Positions 1-9,290 of a DNA stretch of 64,000 nt are shown here, in pieces; position 1 is the stretch's first letter, and every line of letters starts with the position of its first letter. A model generated the notes under the pieces. The model made no database searches. It was not told the DNA's origin and saw nothing but the letters and a program-made list of their open reading frames with translations. A program made the translations under genes and the position numbers. The DNA is from Patescibacteria group bacterium. Lineage in GTDB: Bacteria; Patescibacteriota; Patescibacteriia; Veblenbacterales; UBA10138. The stretch spans positions 11,893 to 75,892 of the forward strand of contig JBAZOT010000006.1 in NCBI GenBank assembly GCA_041648575.1. Reading direction: 5' to 3'.

Positions 1-795
1 ACCATTTAGGAGTGCAATAGGCGCCCCAACAAAATCCTTCGGCAGTGGATTAGTTAAATCGTAAAAACCAGTAACTGTATCGGAGTGCTTAATTAATGAA
101 GTAGTATTTTTGATTACGCCAACGTTATCATGCGAGGTAATTTTATTTTCTAAAACTGTCCGCCGGGTGCTTTGGGTAGTGGCTGCTAAAACTACAGCTG
201 TATCGCCAATATTTACTTCTGAAAATCTGGCAAATGCCGCTGACGTTAAATTGCTGGCTGATATTTTTAAATAAACAAAAGCAGTTGATGGATCTTTAAT
301 TAACGCTTCTACCTCGTACATTGCTCCATCGGATACTGCCACTAGATATTTTTTCGTTAAGTCATTAACAACTTCAGTGGTACTCACTAACCAGCCGTCG
401 CTAGATAATACTACACCATGCCCCAAAGCTTTGGTTATTAAATAACTCTGCTGCCAAGTTGGGCTTTTTACCGTAGGGCTCTGTTTGGCAAATATTACCA
501 CCGATGTTGGCGATAATTTTTCAACCACCCCTGCTAATGAATTCTCTGGCATAACTAATACTGGACGCACCTTGCTTATTGGCGTACTAGAAATTAATGG
601 GCTAAACCAGCTAATCACAATTAGTGTTGTGGAAATACTAGCAGCTATCGACACTATCATACATAGTATATAACTAAGCAAGAAACCATAATTATGGTTT
701 TTCTTTTTTGGAATAAGCATCTTGGCATTCCTTTCCTGATAAATTTCCCTTATTTCGTGATCAAAACTTATATTTTTTTTATTATTATCTGACAT
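1..795 (-). CDS. Trypsin-like (HtrA/S1-like) serine protease, membrane-anchored. The 5' part is at 795 and the gene runs off the window start (partial).
   Basis: My own translation of the minus strand from ATG at 795: MSDNNKKNISFDHEIREIYQ...one TM helix...GHGVVLSSDGWLVST...ALIKDPSTAFVYLKI...IGDTAVVLAAT. No stop before position 1, so it is absent from the ORF track. Motif-level resemblance to Do/HtrA proteases only. Confidence 0.45.
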   Translation of the reverse strand, partial: MSDNNKKNISFDHEIREIYQERNAKMLIPKKKNHNYGFLLSYILCMIVSIAASISTTLIVISWFSPLISSTPISKVRPVLVMPENSLAGVVEKLSPTSVVIFAKQSPTVKSPTWQQSYLITKALGHGVVLSSDGWLVSTTEVVNDLTKKYLVAVSDGAMYEVEALIKDPSTAFVYLKISASNLTSAAFARFSEVNIGDTAVVLAATTQSTRRTVLENKITSHDNVGVIKNTTSLIKHSDTVTGFYDLTNPLPKDFVGAPIALLNG

Positions 796-796
796 A

Positions 797-1537
797 TTAA
801 AACCACCTGCTAGTAGCGATTAGTATTATTGATAATGTACCGATCCATAATAAATAATGGGTTAAACTGCGTTTGGTTAAAACCACGCCCGTGTCGTATC
901 TGGTAAATAAAAAAATGACCAGAAAAATTGTGGCTTGCAACCAGCCAAGTAAATAAAAACTGGTTGGCCACCAACTAAAAACCACATAGGACTGAATAAT
1001 CATTACCCATGCCACTGCGTAATACGCCCAGTGATGTAATAGTGTCCAGCCCGCTAACCAACCCACCGACAGTAAAACCAGGGTGGTAATAATGACATAT
1101 AGAAAAAATAATAACCACCAACCAAAGCCTAAAAAAACCAACCAGCTTACATTATTAACTGTACTAAGGAAAAAAATTATCCAAGCCAGGCCAAGAGATA
1201 AAGGTAAGCTAGGGCCACGGTTTATTTCTACTGTTTGCCAACTATACACATACCACCAACTGACTACTGCTATTATTATAATGAACATCAAGCGAAAATA
1301 ATTCTGCTCTAAAAATAGGAAAAAAAACAATGAACTCAACCAAAAAATTACCAGCAACATCCATGGCCACAGTGCCCGCCCCAATCTTCTGGGCTCCCAC
1401 ATAAACCACAAAAAAGCTGCGGCTAACAATAATAAATAAACCCCAGCGTACATGATAACCGCCGGCCAACGCCAAACTATAATTACAGGCAAAGCCGACG
1501 CAATACCAATTAAATATGGCGCTAACAAAGTCAACAT
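797..1537 (-). CDS. Polytopic integral membrane protein of unknown function
   Basis: 246 aa, almost entirely hydrophobic, W/F/Y-rich helices. No recognisable catalytic motif. Confidence 0.4.
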   Translation of the reverse strand: MLTLLAPYLIGIASALPVIIVWRWPAVIMYAGVYLLLLAAAFLWFMWEPRRLGRALWPWMLLVIFWLSSLFFFLFLEQNYFRLMFIIIIAVVSWWYVYSWQTVEINRGPSLPLSLGLAWIIFFLSTVNNVSWLVFLGFGWWLLFFLYVIITTLVLLSVGWLAGWTLLHHWAYYAVAWVMIIQSYVVFSWWPTSFYLLGWLQATIFLVIFLFTRYDTGVVLTKRSLTHYLLWIGTLSIILIATSRWF

Positions 1538-1540
1538 AAA

Positions 1541-2017
1541 TTAATTATACTTGCTTACACCAACTGCAGGTAATTTTGCTTGCTCTTGTAATTTTGTAAA
1601 TTCTTCAACCAGTGCTGTTAAGTCTTTTTGCAACGATGCCACCGAAGTATCAGCCACAAGGTTTTTACTATTTAATAAATCTTCCAGCTGCGATAATTTG
1701 ATTACTAATGACAAATGAAAATCCTGATACCCTACAGGCACTCGTAATTTCAACAACTGATCTTTAATTTTTACTAATTCAGCAGTGTCGGCAATTGTTA
1801 ATTTTTTATCTAGATATGGTTTTAATATTTCCAATTCATTGCCAGCGCCCTGAAAATAGTTACTCAATTGCTGTTCATGATTATCAATCAAGGAGCTAAT
1901 AGTAATAGCTTGATAGGTCGAGGAATTACTAATAATAATTAAAAATGCAGACAAACCAGCAATGACTAATAAGATAACAACAATCCAAATTTTCTTAATA
2001 AATGTCATATCAATCAT
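1541..2017 (-). CDS. Membrane-anchored hypothetical protein
   Basis: 158 aa, N-terminal TM (IWIVVILLVIAGLSAFLIII), remainder coiled-coil-like. The 4-bp gap to the upstream ORF suggests an operon. Confidence 0.4.
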   Translation of the reverse strand: MIDMTFIKKIWIVVILLVIAGLSAFLIIISNSSTYQAITISSLIDNHEQQLSNYFQGAGNELEILKPYLDKKLTIADTAELVKIKDQLLKLRVPVGYQDFHLSLVIKLSQLEDLLNSKNLVADTSVASLQKDLTALVEEFTKLQEQAKLPAVGVSKYN

Positions 2018-2022
2018 TTGGG

Positions 2023-2205
2023 TTAATTATTTTTATCACACCATGGCCAGTGCCAACTACTAGTCCGCTTTTTTGATACTAACGACACTCCAAGCGCTAT
2101 AATAAGTAATGGCCAAATAATTCCCCAAGCATCGCCAGATATAAATCCCAAATTTTTAAACAAAAACACTAAACCCAAAATAATCAACAAAAAAGCACCA
2201 AACAT
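2023..2205 (-). CDS. Small membrane protein (60 aa)
   Basis: Two hydrophobic helices, tightly packed with neighbours. It could be spurious. Confidence 0.25.
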   Translation of the reverse strand: MFGAFLLIILGLVFLFKNLGFISGDAWGIIWPLLIIALGVSLVSKKRTSSWHWPWCDKNN

Positions 2206-2263
2206 AAAATATAATTAATAATAAACTTATTTAGTTAAATTATACCACAAAAGAGCAAAAAAA

Positions 2264-2590
2264 TTAATCACTAAATGCGCTAGCTTTAACCTCTTGCCAA
2301 TCCCCTTCCACCTCGTTCCAGTTATAAGCATGGAAGGTCAAGGTTTGTTCTTTATCATCATAAACATACTCTACCGCGGTAGATGAACCAATGCGTTTGG
2401 AATAAAAAGTTTTTTTATCTAACACTACCGGACGCTTTATTAATTCTAATTTCATTCTACCCTGTGGGCCTTGAAATTCCACAAACTCTCGCTCCCCTGG
2501 CCTCTCGGGCAATGGCTCTCGCCCTTCAGCTAAAACCGTAAACTGGCTTTTTACTTTATTCACAATGTCTTGCCAGCGTTCATGCGTCAT
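2264..2590 (-). CDS. Hypothetical protein
   Basis: 108-aa ORF with no recognisable motif. Confidence 0.35.
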   Translation of the reverse strand: MTHERWQDIVNKVKSQFTVLAEGREPLPERPGEREFVEFQGPQGRMKLELIKRPVVLDKKTFYSKRIGSSTAVEYVYDDKEQTLTFHAYNWNEVEGDWQEVKASAFSD

Positions 2591-2687
2591 ATATTAATAT
2601 TGTACCACGCCCACTAATCTATTGACAGAACGCGCATTTAGAGCAATAATATGCTAAACTCAAATTATAATCATTAAAATTTTATTT

Positions 2688-3038
2688 ATGGCAGAACATT
2701 TTAATCAACCAACTGAATTTGAACCAGGTTCACCAGAAGATATTGCTGATAAACTAGTTACTAAATGGGAAGCCAGCGCAGTTTTTGATGATCAGACTGA
2801 TAATGAAATGAAAGGCATAGAAAATGATAACAAATCATTAGGACGATCTATTTTAGATTGTCTAGAGCAAGAGCGTCCTCGACGCAATGAAAAAGAAATG
2901 TTGGAATTAATAAGGGCAATGACAGACGGTTTAAATAAAATAATAATCAGAGGCGATAAAGTGCGGGCAGAAGTTGATGAAGCGCTTAAAAGATTAAACG
3001 AACAATTTGATCAATATAAATCTATTGAACAGATATAA
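2688..3038 (+). CDS. Hypothetical acidic protein
   Basis: 116-aa ORF, A-rich region plus AGGA-like spacer upstream. No motif. Confidence 0.35.
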   Translation: MAEHFNQPTEFEPGSPEDIADKLVTKWEASAVFDDQTDNEMKGIENDNKSLGRSILDCLEQERPRRNEKEMLELIRAMTDGLNKIIIRGDKVRAEVDEALKRLNEQFDQYKSIEQI

Positions 3039-3085
3039 CCTGAGGACTAAAGGAATAATAGCAAGCCTCAACTTATAATTAACTT

Positions 3086-3850
3086 ATGAATCATATGCAT
3101 CCAGAATCTATGGAAATGGAGCAGATAGCTCGTCAGGAAGAAGAAAAAATGCTTGAGACACGTTTACAACAGCTTCCGTTTTTTAATGAAAAAATACCAG
3201 GCGCTAATCTAGAAAAATTTAGAATCTCACCTCTGGACTGGCGACGTACTATCACTTCCCCTGATTCAGAAAGTGCCTTGACTAAAGCGATACAAAACAC
3301 TTTAGAACACATGCAACACCGAAATGAAGACCCGGCGGATGAAAAAATTCGCGAGCGTGACCTACGAAGTACATTGGAAACTTTAATGGTTACCGATAAT
3401 CCCTCAGACAAAGCGGAACCACATCTGTCTAGTAATTTTGTACAAAGGGCAGAATCATTAAACGGCCTAAAACAAGAAGCTTTTATACGCGGTTATGCCG
3501 ATTTTCGTTATGGTAGGAGTGGCGCTTCACAGAATTTACTAACGGATATACGCGACGGCAGCATTGATGCCAAAAATCTACCTGAGGCTTGGGTAGAAAT
3601 GGCTGAAGGCGATTTAATAAGAACCTTAGAAGATGCTTCCGTTTGGGGTAGAACAGCGGAATTAACAGTCAAATTAATTAAAGATGTGGAACAGAAAACT
3701 GGTGTTGATATTATCAGCCGTTGTCGAGATAGTATAGAACGTTATTTACAGAATGACGAGAATTATAAAAAAGAGCATGGTGAATATATTAAACCACAAC
3801 CTAGCTGGGATTTAGAACGTGAACTAAAACAGGGGTTAGATAAGCAATAG
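3086..3850 (+). CDS. Hypothetical protein
   Basis: 254-aa ORF following the previous plus-strand gene. No motif. Confidence 0.4.
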   Translation: MNHMHPESMEMEQIARQEEEKMLETRLQQLPFFNEKIPGANLEKFRISPLDWRRTITSPDSESALTKAIQNTLEHMQHRNEDPADEKIRERDLRSTLETLMVTDNPSDKAEPHLSSNFVQRAESLNGLKQEAFIRGYADFRYGRSGASQNLLTDIRDGSIDAKNLPEAWVEMAEGDLIRTLEDASVWGRTAELTVKLIKDVEQKTGVDIISRCRDSIERYLQNDENYKKEHGEYIKPQPSWDLERELKQGLDKQ

Positions 3851-4025
3851 CTGCTAACAAAAACTTTCTAATTAAGTACCAAAACGACACCGGCGCAGAG
3901 AGAGTAATATCCACATACAAACAAATGGATGGCGGTTTTTAAAAATGGCTGTAGTAGGCTATTCCTTAATTTTTAGATTGCTTTATGTTTGTATCAATGT
4001 GTTAACACATTGATACAAGGAAAGA

Positions 4026-4709
4026 TTAGGTGCCAAAGCGACGCTCACGAGAGGAAAACCAATTAAGCGCCTCATCTAAATCAGCTTTAGAAAAATCGGG
4101 AAACAGTAGGTGAGTAAAATACAATTCAGCATAAGCAATTTCCCAAAGTAAAAAATTTGAGATTCTTTGTTCGCCCGAAGTTCTAATCATCAAATCAACT
4201 GGCGGCAAACCGCCTGTAGACAGTGATAATTTTAATTGCTCCAATGTTAGTTTGGTTAAATCTGAACCCTCCCTAGCCAACTTTTGCACACCTTCTACAA
4301 TTTCCTGCTGTCCGCCATAATTAATACAAGCCACCATTGTACCTTTGGTACCGCTGGCGGTTTTTTCTTCTGCCTCAGCCATTAAATCCCTAGTGCTTTG
4401 ACGCAGTTCTTGGCGACTGCCGGCAAATTGCATTTTAATACCATCTCGAACAAAATCCTCAACATCTTTTTTTAACCCTTGATCTAACAAATCAAATAAA
4501 TAAGCCACTTCCTCTTTTGATCTAGACCAGTTCTCGCGGGAAAATAAATAAAAACTAGCCCAAGGAATACCCCTGGCAAAAATCCAGCGCGCTAATTCTT
4601 TAACACGTTTATAACCGGCCTTATGACCATCTAAAGAAGGTAAATTATGCTCCTTAGCCCACCTCCGGTTACCATCAACTATTATTGCTATGTGTTTAAT
4701 ATCTGACAT
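4026..4709 (-). CDS. uppS: Undecaprenyl-diphosphate synthase (cis-isoprenyl transferase)
   Basis: N-terminal HIAIIVDGNRRWAK substrate-binding motif plus ARGIPWASFYLFSRENWSRS. Length 227 aa is typical. Confidence 0.9.
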   Translation of the reverse strand: MSDIKHIAIIVDGNRRWAKEHNLPSLDGHKAGYKRVKELARWIFARGIPWASFYLFSRENWSRSKEEVAYLFDLLDQGLKKDVEDFVRDGIKMQFAGSRQELRQSTRDLMAEAEEKTASGTKGTMVACINYGGQQEIVEGVQKLAREGSDLTKLTLEQLKLSLSTGGLPPVDLMIRTSGEQRISNFLLWEIAYAELYFTHLLFPDFSKADLDEALNWFSSRERRFGT

Positions 4710-4728
4710 ATATTAATACTTGAATCAT

Positions 4729-4799
4729 TCGGGCTGCTGGGAATTGAACCCAGTCTTCGCGCACCCGAAGCGCGCGTACTACCGGTATACTACAGCCCG
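4729..4799 (-). tRNA. tRNA-Pro (anticodon CGG), no encoded CCA
   Basis: Minus-strand cloverleaf: acceptor CGGGCTG/CAGCCCG, D-stem GTAT/GTAC, anticodon stem CGCGC/GCGCG, loop TTCGGGT (G37), T-arm CTGGG-TTCAATT-CCCAG. Confidence 0.8.
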
Positions 4800-4851
4800 T
4801 AATAAATTACTTTATCAAAAAAAATTATAATTGTCTATATATCATTTTCAA

Positions 4852-6780
4852 TTAATCATTAATTAAATTTAAATTTATCAATAACTCCTTTATTTCATCT
4901 GAATACTTTCCATTATTTAAATTTAGATATTTTGTAAATTTATCTTTGGCTCCTGGCAGGTCGCCTATACTGTACATCACTTTACCCCATGCTAAATAAA
5001 ATTCTGGTTTATTAGCTAACGACCTCTCCCCTTTGGCAAATAAATTTAGCAAAACTGGTAGTTGGGCATTATCAACACTAGACCAAATACTAAGCAAAGT
5101 TATCATTTCCTGATAATAAACAGGGTCAGCTAATCCTTGAGTACGACTTTTGTTATACCATTGAGCACTAGCCCATAATCCATTAACATCCTGCGTGCTC
5201 ATGGCCTTTATTAGTTTAGTTTTCCCAACAGCCGCTGAATAGTTGGGTTCATTACCATTTAAATTTGTTACTTTTATAAAATAACTTTCAGCTTGATCAA
5301 TTTTATTTGATAATAAACTAACTTCTCCTTTTTTTTCAGAAATATCTGCACGCCAAATATTAATATTATGAATCACTGGCCATAAAAAAATTATTAATAT
5401 AATAATCATAGCCCATATTTTTTTTAAATAATTATATGAATAATTATTATTAGTATCAATTTCAAATCTAAAAAATATGGCGATTAATAAGAATAAAAAT
5501 ACTAAACTAACTATATTATCAAAATTAAAAAACCCCATTAATAAATAACTAATCAGACTGGCAATTATACTCAAATAAAAAAAGAATTGATTGCCTGTTG
5601 AAGTTTTTAATTTTTGATATAATTGCTTAATAAATAAAATAATAATTAGTAAAAAGCCTAGTAGCAATAAACTGCCGCCAGTGACCATAAAATCAAGATA
5701 AATGTTGTGGGATCGGTCAAAAAGATTGGGTTCAATTACAAAAGGCGAAGGGTGATTTTGCGATAAAATATAAAATGTTTCCGGACCAAACCCCAACACT
5801 GGCCTTTGCTGCCAGGCATCAATAGCTATTTGCCACACCCACAATCTTACCCCCAAGCTATTGTTTTGTAAGTCTAGAGAATTATTTAAACGACTGCTAA
5901 CCCCTACCCAGTTCACGCTAAAAAATATCATGATTACCAACAATAATATTAGTAATAATTTTTTTATTGACAATTTATTAAATATAAATTTGTAACCATG
6001 CTTTATTGCTATTACCACTACTGTAAATACCACGACCGCTATTAGTGCTAACCACGCACTACGCGCTAAAGTAAAAACAATTGCTATAACTGAAACCATA
6101 CTACCAACTACCACCAACGATTTACTCCACAGGGATTTATAATTAGTAAAAGAATAAACAATCAATGGCAATACCATGACTAAATACATTCCTAAAAAAT
6201 TAGGATGGCCTAAAGTTGAAAACGACCGAATGGAGAAATCGCTAGTGGCTACCCGATAACCACGCTCAAAACCAGGCAAATCAACGCCCCAATGCTGTAA
6301 CATAGCATAACCGGCAACTATGGTTGTAACTATGGTTAAACCTAATAATAATTTACGAATTATGTTTCTATCAAATAAAATAAAACATAAATAATAAAAA
6401 ATATAAATATGCAGCCAAGTAAATAAGCCCTGCCATCTTTCATATAATCCCCAAATACTAACCGGCCTAAAAATTGAAAAATAAGTAGCTAATATTTGAA
6501 CAACCATCATAAAAGTAACAGCTAAATTTATCGGCTGTTTAAAAAAAGCTGTTAAATCTCGCTGACATAATTTTATGGTATTGTTTTGAAATAGCTTATA
6601 CAGTAAATATAAAATTAATGCCAGTTCCACACCCAAATTAAGGCAAGACACTTTAACAACTTCAAAAACATTATAAGTCCTAATATCAAATATTAACGGC
6701 AACAATAAAACAGTTGCCAATAAGCACCAAATTGACAATTTCTCAAAATTCAATCTGATTTTTTTAAAATAATTTACCAT
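4852..6780 (-). CDS. O-antigen ligase (Wzy_C)-like polytopic membrane protein with C-terminal TPR-like soluble domain
   Basis: 642 aa with >10 TM helices and a long loop typical of WaaL/O-antigen polymerase-like proteins. C-terminal ~170 aa hydrophilic TPR-like. Family assignment from architecture only. Confidence 0.5.
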   Translation of the reverse strand: MVNYFKKIRLNFEKLSIWCLLATVLLLPLIFDIRTYNVFEVVKVSCLNLGVELALILYLLYKLFQNNTIKLCQRDLTAFFKQPINLAVTFMMVVQILATYFSIFRPVSIWGLYERWQGLFTWLHIYIFYYLCFILFDRNIIRKLLLGLTIVTTIVAGYAMLQHWGVDLPGFERGYRVATSDFSIRSFSTLGHPNFLGMYLVMVLPLIVYSFTNYKSLWSKSLVVVGSMVSVIAIVFTLARSAWLALIAVVVFTVVVIAIKHGYKFIFNKLSIKKLLLILLLVIMIFFSVNWVGVSSRLNNSLDLQNNSLGVRLWVWQIAIDAWQQRPVLGFGPETFYILSQNHPSPFVIEPNLFDRSHNIYLDFMVTGGSLLLLGFLLIIILFIKQLYQKLKTSTGNQFFFYLSIIASLISYLLMGFFNFDNIVSLVFLFLLIAIFFRFEIDTNNNYSYNYLKKIWAMIIILIIFLWPVIHNINIWRADISEKKGEVSLLSNKIDQAESYFIKVTNLNGNEPNYSAAVGKTKLIKAMSTQDVNGLWASAQWYNKSRTQGLADPVYYQEMITLLSIWSSVDNAQLPVLLNLFAKGERSLANKPEFYLAWGKVMYSIGDLPGAKDKFTKYLNLNNGKYSDEIKELLINLNLIND

Positions 6781-6830
6781 TCAAATCATTGTCAAAAACA
6801 TAGGCTTCTATGCCTATGTTTTTGTTTTAA

Positions 6831-8048
6831 CTATTGAGTTCTAGGAAGATCTTTAGGCGGCGGAGGTGGTGGAGTACTGGTACCCCATTTTCTTTCTACG
6901 GTATTTAATTCGGTATTCCCTTTGTCATCAGACACCCTAACAATATAATACATTCCAGCAGTAGCCGGTCGTGATATTAAATACTTCATAACTTTTGTCG
7001 CCCAAATAGCACCCGGAACATCCCAGCTTATCCAAATCGGATTATTAAAGTTATAACTATAAGAGTGACTAGAATCTGACATGGGATACACCGATTCAAA
7101 TAACATGTACTTAACCGGGGTATTGTAGGAAATTTGCCCAGAGCCAATTAAATCAACTGCCGAGGAGAATTCAAAATTAGCATACCGAATATTAGGATTT
7201 GCTGGTTGTGGATACCAGGTTCCGCTGGCACTGCTAATTTTTGAATCAAAGGCGTTAATTTGGGATCCGGTTCCATACTGAATTGTTGTTTCCACAGCAA
7301 AATTTGTTTGAAGATGATTTGCTATCAATGCACTGGCAGACACTAAATGTTTCAAGCCGTCAGTGCCAATATAATAATAACTGGTTTGTCCTGAATATTT
7401 GATTAAAGTACCGGCTGGATATTTATTAGTAGTTATGGTAGAACCGATTTTATAATTTACAAAAAAAGGCGCTGGAATGTCAACTACTCTATTCTGCCAG
7501 TTATTACCATATAAAGTGGAGATTCTAATTTCACTATCCAACGCTCGCAAAGCACCACCAGGTTCAGTAGCATATACAGTTGGATTATTAGTTGCTTTAA
7601 CCAACCAAGTGCCTGGCCTAATAGTGATATTACCACCAATCGGATACTTATAAAGCTCGCTAGGAATGACCATTTCTACTTTTGAGAAATCAGCATACCA
7701 TGACTTATAAGTAATCTCGTTAGGAAAGACATATCTACTAACTCCATCAAAATAATACACAGCAGAGTTACCTGCTATCTTCGACAATCTGCCATTTGTT
7801 ACTGGATTAGCGGCTGGTACCACTTTGGATAAACCAGCAAACCGCGGGGGCGTACCATCGCCTAGCACCTTTCTAAACACATCGCTATCCTGTAGTTTTG
7901 AAACTGGTGCGATAATAGCCGCTATTGCCCCGCCTAAAAATAAGGTAGCAACTATAAGATACATCGCTGTAGCACTGACAGTTTTGGTAAGAGTAGCTGT
8001 AGCCAGTGGGTATTTCACCGGTTCATCGGAAAGATTATTCGTAACCAT
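6831..8048 (-). CDS. Secreted/surface protein with N-terminal signal anchor and proline-rich C-terminus (PPPPPPK)
   Basis: 405 aa, N-terminal TM (LIVATLFLGGAIAAIIA), Y/N/T/S-rich beta-like body, C-terminal poly-Pro. Confidence 0.4.
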   Translation of the reverse strand: MVTNNLSDEPVKYPLATATLTKTVSATAMYLIVATLFLGGAIAAIIAPVSKLQDSDVFRKVLGDGTPPRFAGLSKVVPAANPVTNGRLSKIAGNSAVYYFDGVSRYVFPNEITYKSWYADFSKVEMVIPSELYKYPIGGNITIRPGTWLVKATNNPTVYATEPGGALRALDSEIRISTLYGNNWQNRVVDIPAPFFVNYKIGSTITTNKYPAGTLIKYSGQTSYYYIGTDGLKHLVSASALIANHLQTNFAVETTIQYGTGSQINAFDSKISSASGTWYPQPANPNIRYANFEFSSAVDLIGSGQISYNTPVKYMLFESVYPMSDSSHSYSYNFNNPIWISWDVPGAIWATKVMKYLISRPATAGMYYIVRVSDDKGNTELNTVERKWGTSTPPPPPPKDLPRTQ

Positions 8049-8085
8049 ATAGTTGATTGATTAATAATTAATTATTTAAGTTTAA

Positions 8086-9189
8086 TTAAATTTTAATATG
8101 AGTCCACTCACTAATAATTTTCTTTACATCATCTACATCCACCACAGTCATACCCAAGCCTTCTAGTTCCTGCTCATATTTTTCACGCTCAGCTATTAGC
8201 TTCGGCCGCGCTGCAATTTCTGTTTGTAAAATATTTTTGTCTATTTGCTGTATTTTAGTCCATAGTTCTGCTAAAGCTTTATTTTTGTCACGCGCCGCAC
8301 CATGCAAAGCCCCCACCACCACTTGATTAATATGCGATACTTTTACCATTGCTGCTGCCTCATCTATAACATCAATGGCTTTATCGGGCATATGCCTATT
8401 TTTTATATATTTGTCAGCCAACTGCGCTGCTGCCACAATCGCGCCATCGGTAAATTCTACTTTGTGATAAGATTTATATTTATCTTTAACGCCTTGTAAA
8501 ATTTTTATAGTATCATCTACTGACGGTTCTAATATCTCAACCATTTGAAAACGGCGCTCTAAACTTTCGTCTGGTTTAATATACTGTTCATATTCATTAG
8601 TAGTGGTAGCGCCAATCAGCTGCAAATCACCGTGCGCTAGGGCTGGTTTTAAAATATCAGAAAAATTTACCGCGCCCTCGGTTCCTCTAGACTGCATCAC
8701 CGTATGTATTTCATCAATAAATAAAATTATCTGCCTGGCAGTAGATGAAATTTCTTGTACCAATCTTTTAGCTCGCTCTTCAAATTCACCTCGGTATTTT
8801 GTTCCAGCCAAAAGTGACGCAACTTGCAGGGATAATACCCGCTTGTGCTGTAAAACTTCTGGTACGCTATTTTGAGTTATGCGCTGGGCTAAGCCCTCTA
8901 CAATAGCAGTTTTGCCCACTCCAGGAGCGCCCACCAATAACACGTTATTTTTGGTACGCCGCGATAATACTTGGGCCAAGCGTAATACCTCCTCTTCTCT
9001 GCCAATTACTGGATCGATCTTCCCATCACGGGCTAATTTCGTGAAATCAACAGAATATAAATCCAATACTGGCGTTCCGGTTTTTGATGTCCAAGACATA
9101 TTACTACCATTCTTCTGTTTCTGCCAATAATAATAAATTGCCCCTAAAATTATAAATATCAACACAATCGCCAGGGTGGATAAACTCAT
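8086..9189 (-). CDS. Membrane-anchored AAA+ ATPase of Clp/Hsp100 type, first (D1) nucleotide-binding module only
   Basis: N-terminal TM helix. Then [63 protein letters not shown] (ClpA/B/C D1 signature and Walker A), [11 protein letters not shown] (Walker B) and GATT sensor. Only 367 aa, with no D2 module and no ClpP-binding loop visible. Confidence 0.75.
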   Translation of the reverse strand: MSLSTLAIVLIFIILGAIYYYWQKQKNGSNMSWTSKTGTPVLDLYSVDFTKLARDGKIDPVIGREEEVLRLAQVLSRRTKNNVLLVGAPGVGKTAIVEGLAQRITQNSVPEVLQHKRVLSLQVASLLAGTKYRGEFEERAKRLVQEISSTARQIILFIDEIHTVMQSRGTEGAVNFSDILKPALAHGDLQLIGATTTNEYEQYIKPDESLERRFQMVEILEPSVDDTIKILQGVKDKYKSYHKVEFTDGAIVAAAQLADKYIKNRHMPDKAIDVIDEAAAMVKVSHINQVVVGALHGAARDKNKALAELWTKIQQIDKNILQTEIAARPKLIAEREKYEQELEGLGMTVVDVDDVKKIISEWTHIKI

Positions 9190-9290
9190 ATATTAATTAT
9201 ATAACACAATAAATTATTATTATATAAGCTGCTAAAATCGGTTGATGATAATGCTAATTTTGCATTTATCATCACAGGAAGGCCAATTAA

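Noticed and set aside
485-673. 62-aa plus-strand ORF
   Set aside because: It lies entirely antisense to a much longer, motif-bearing minus-strand ORF (protease-like, runs off the window start).
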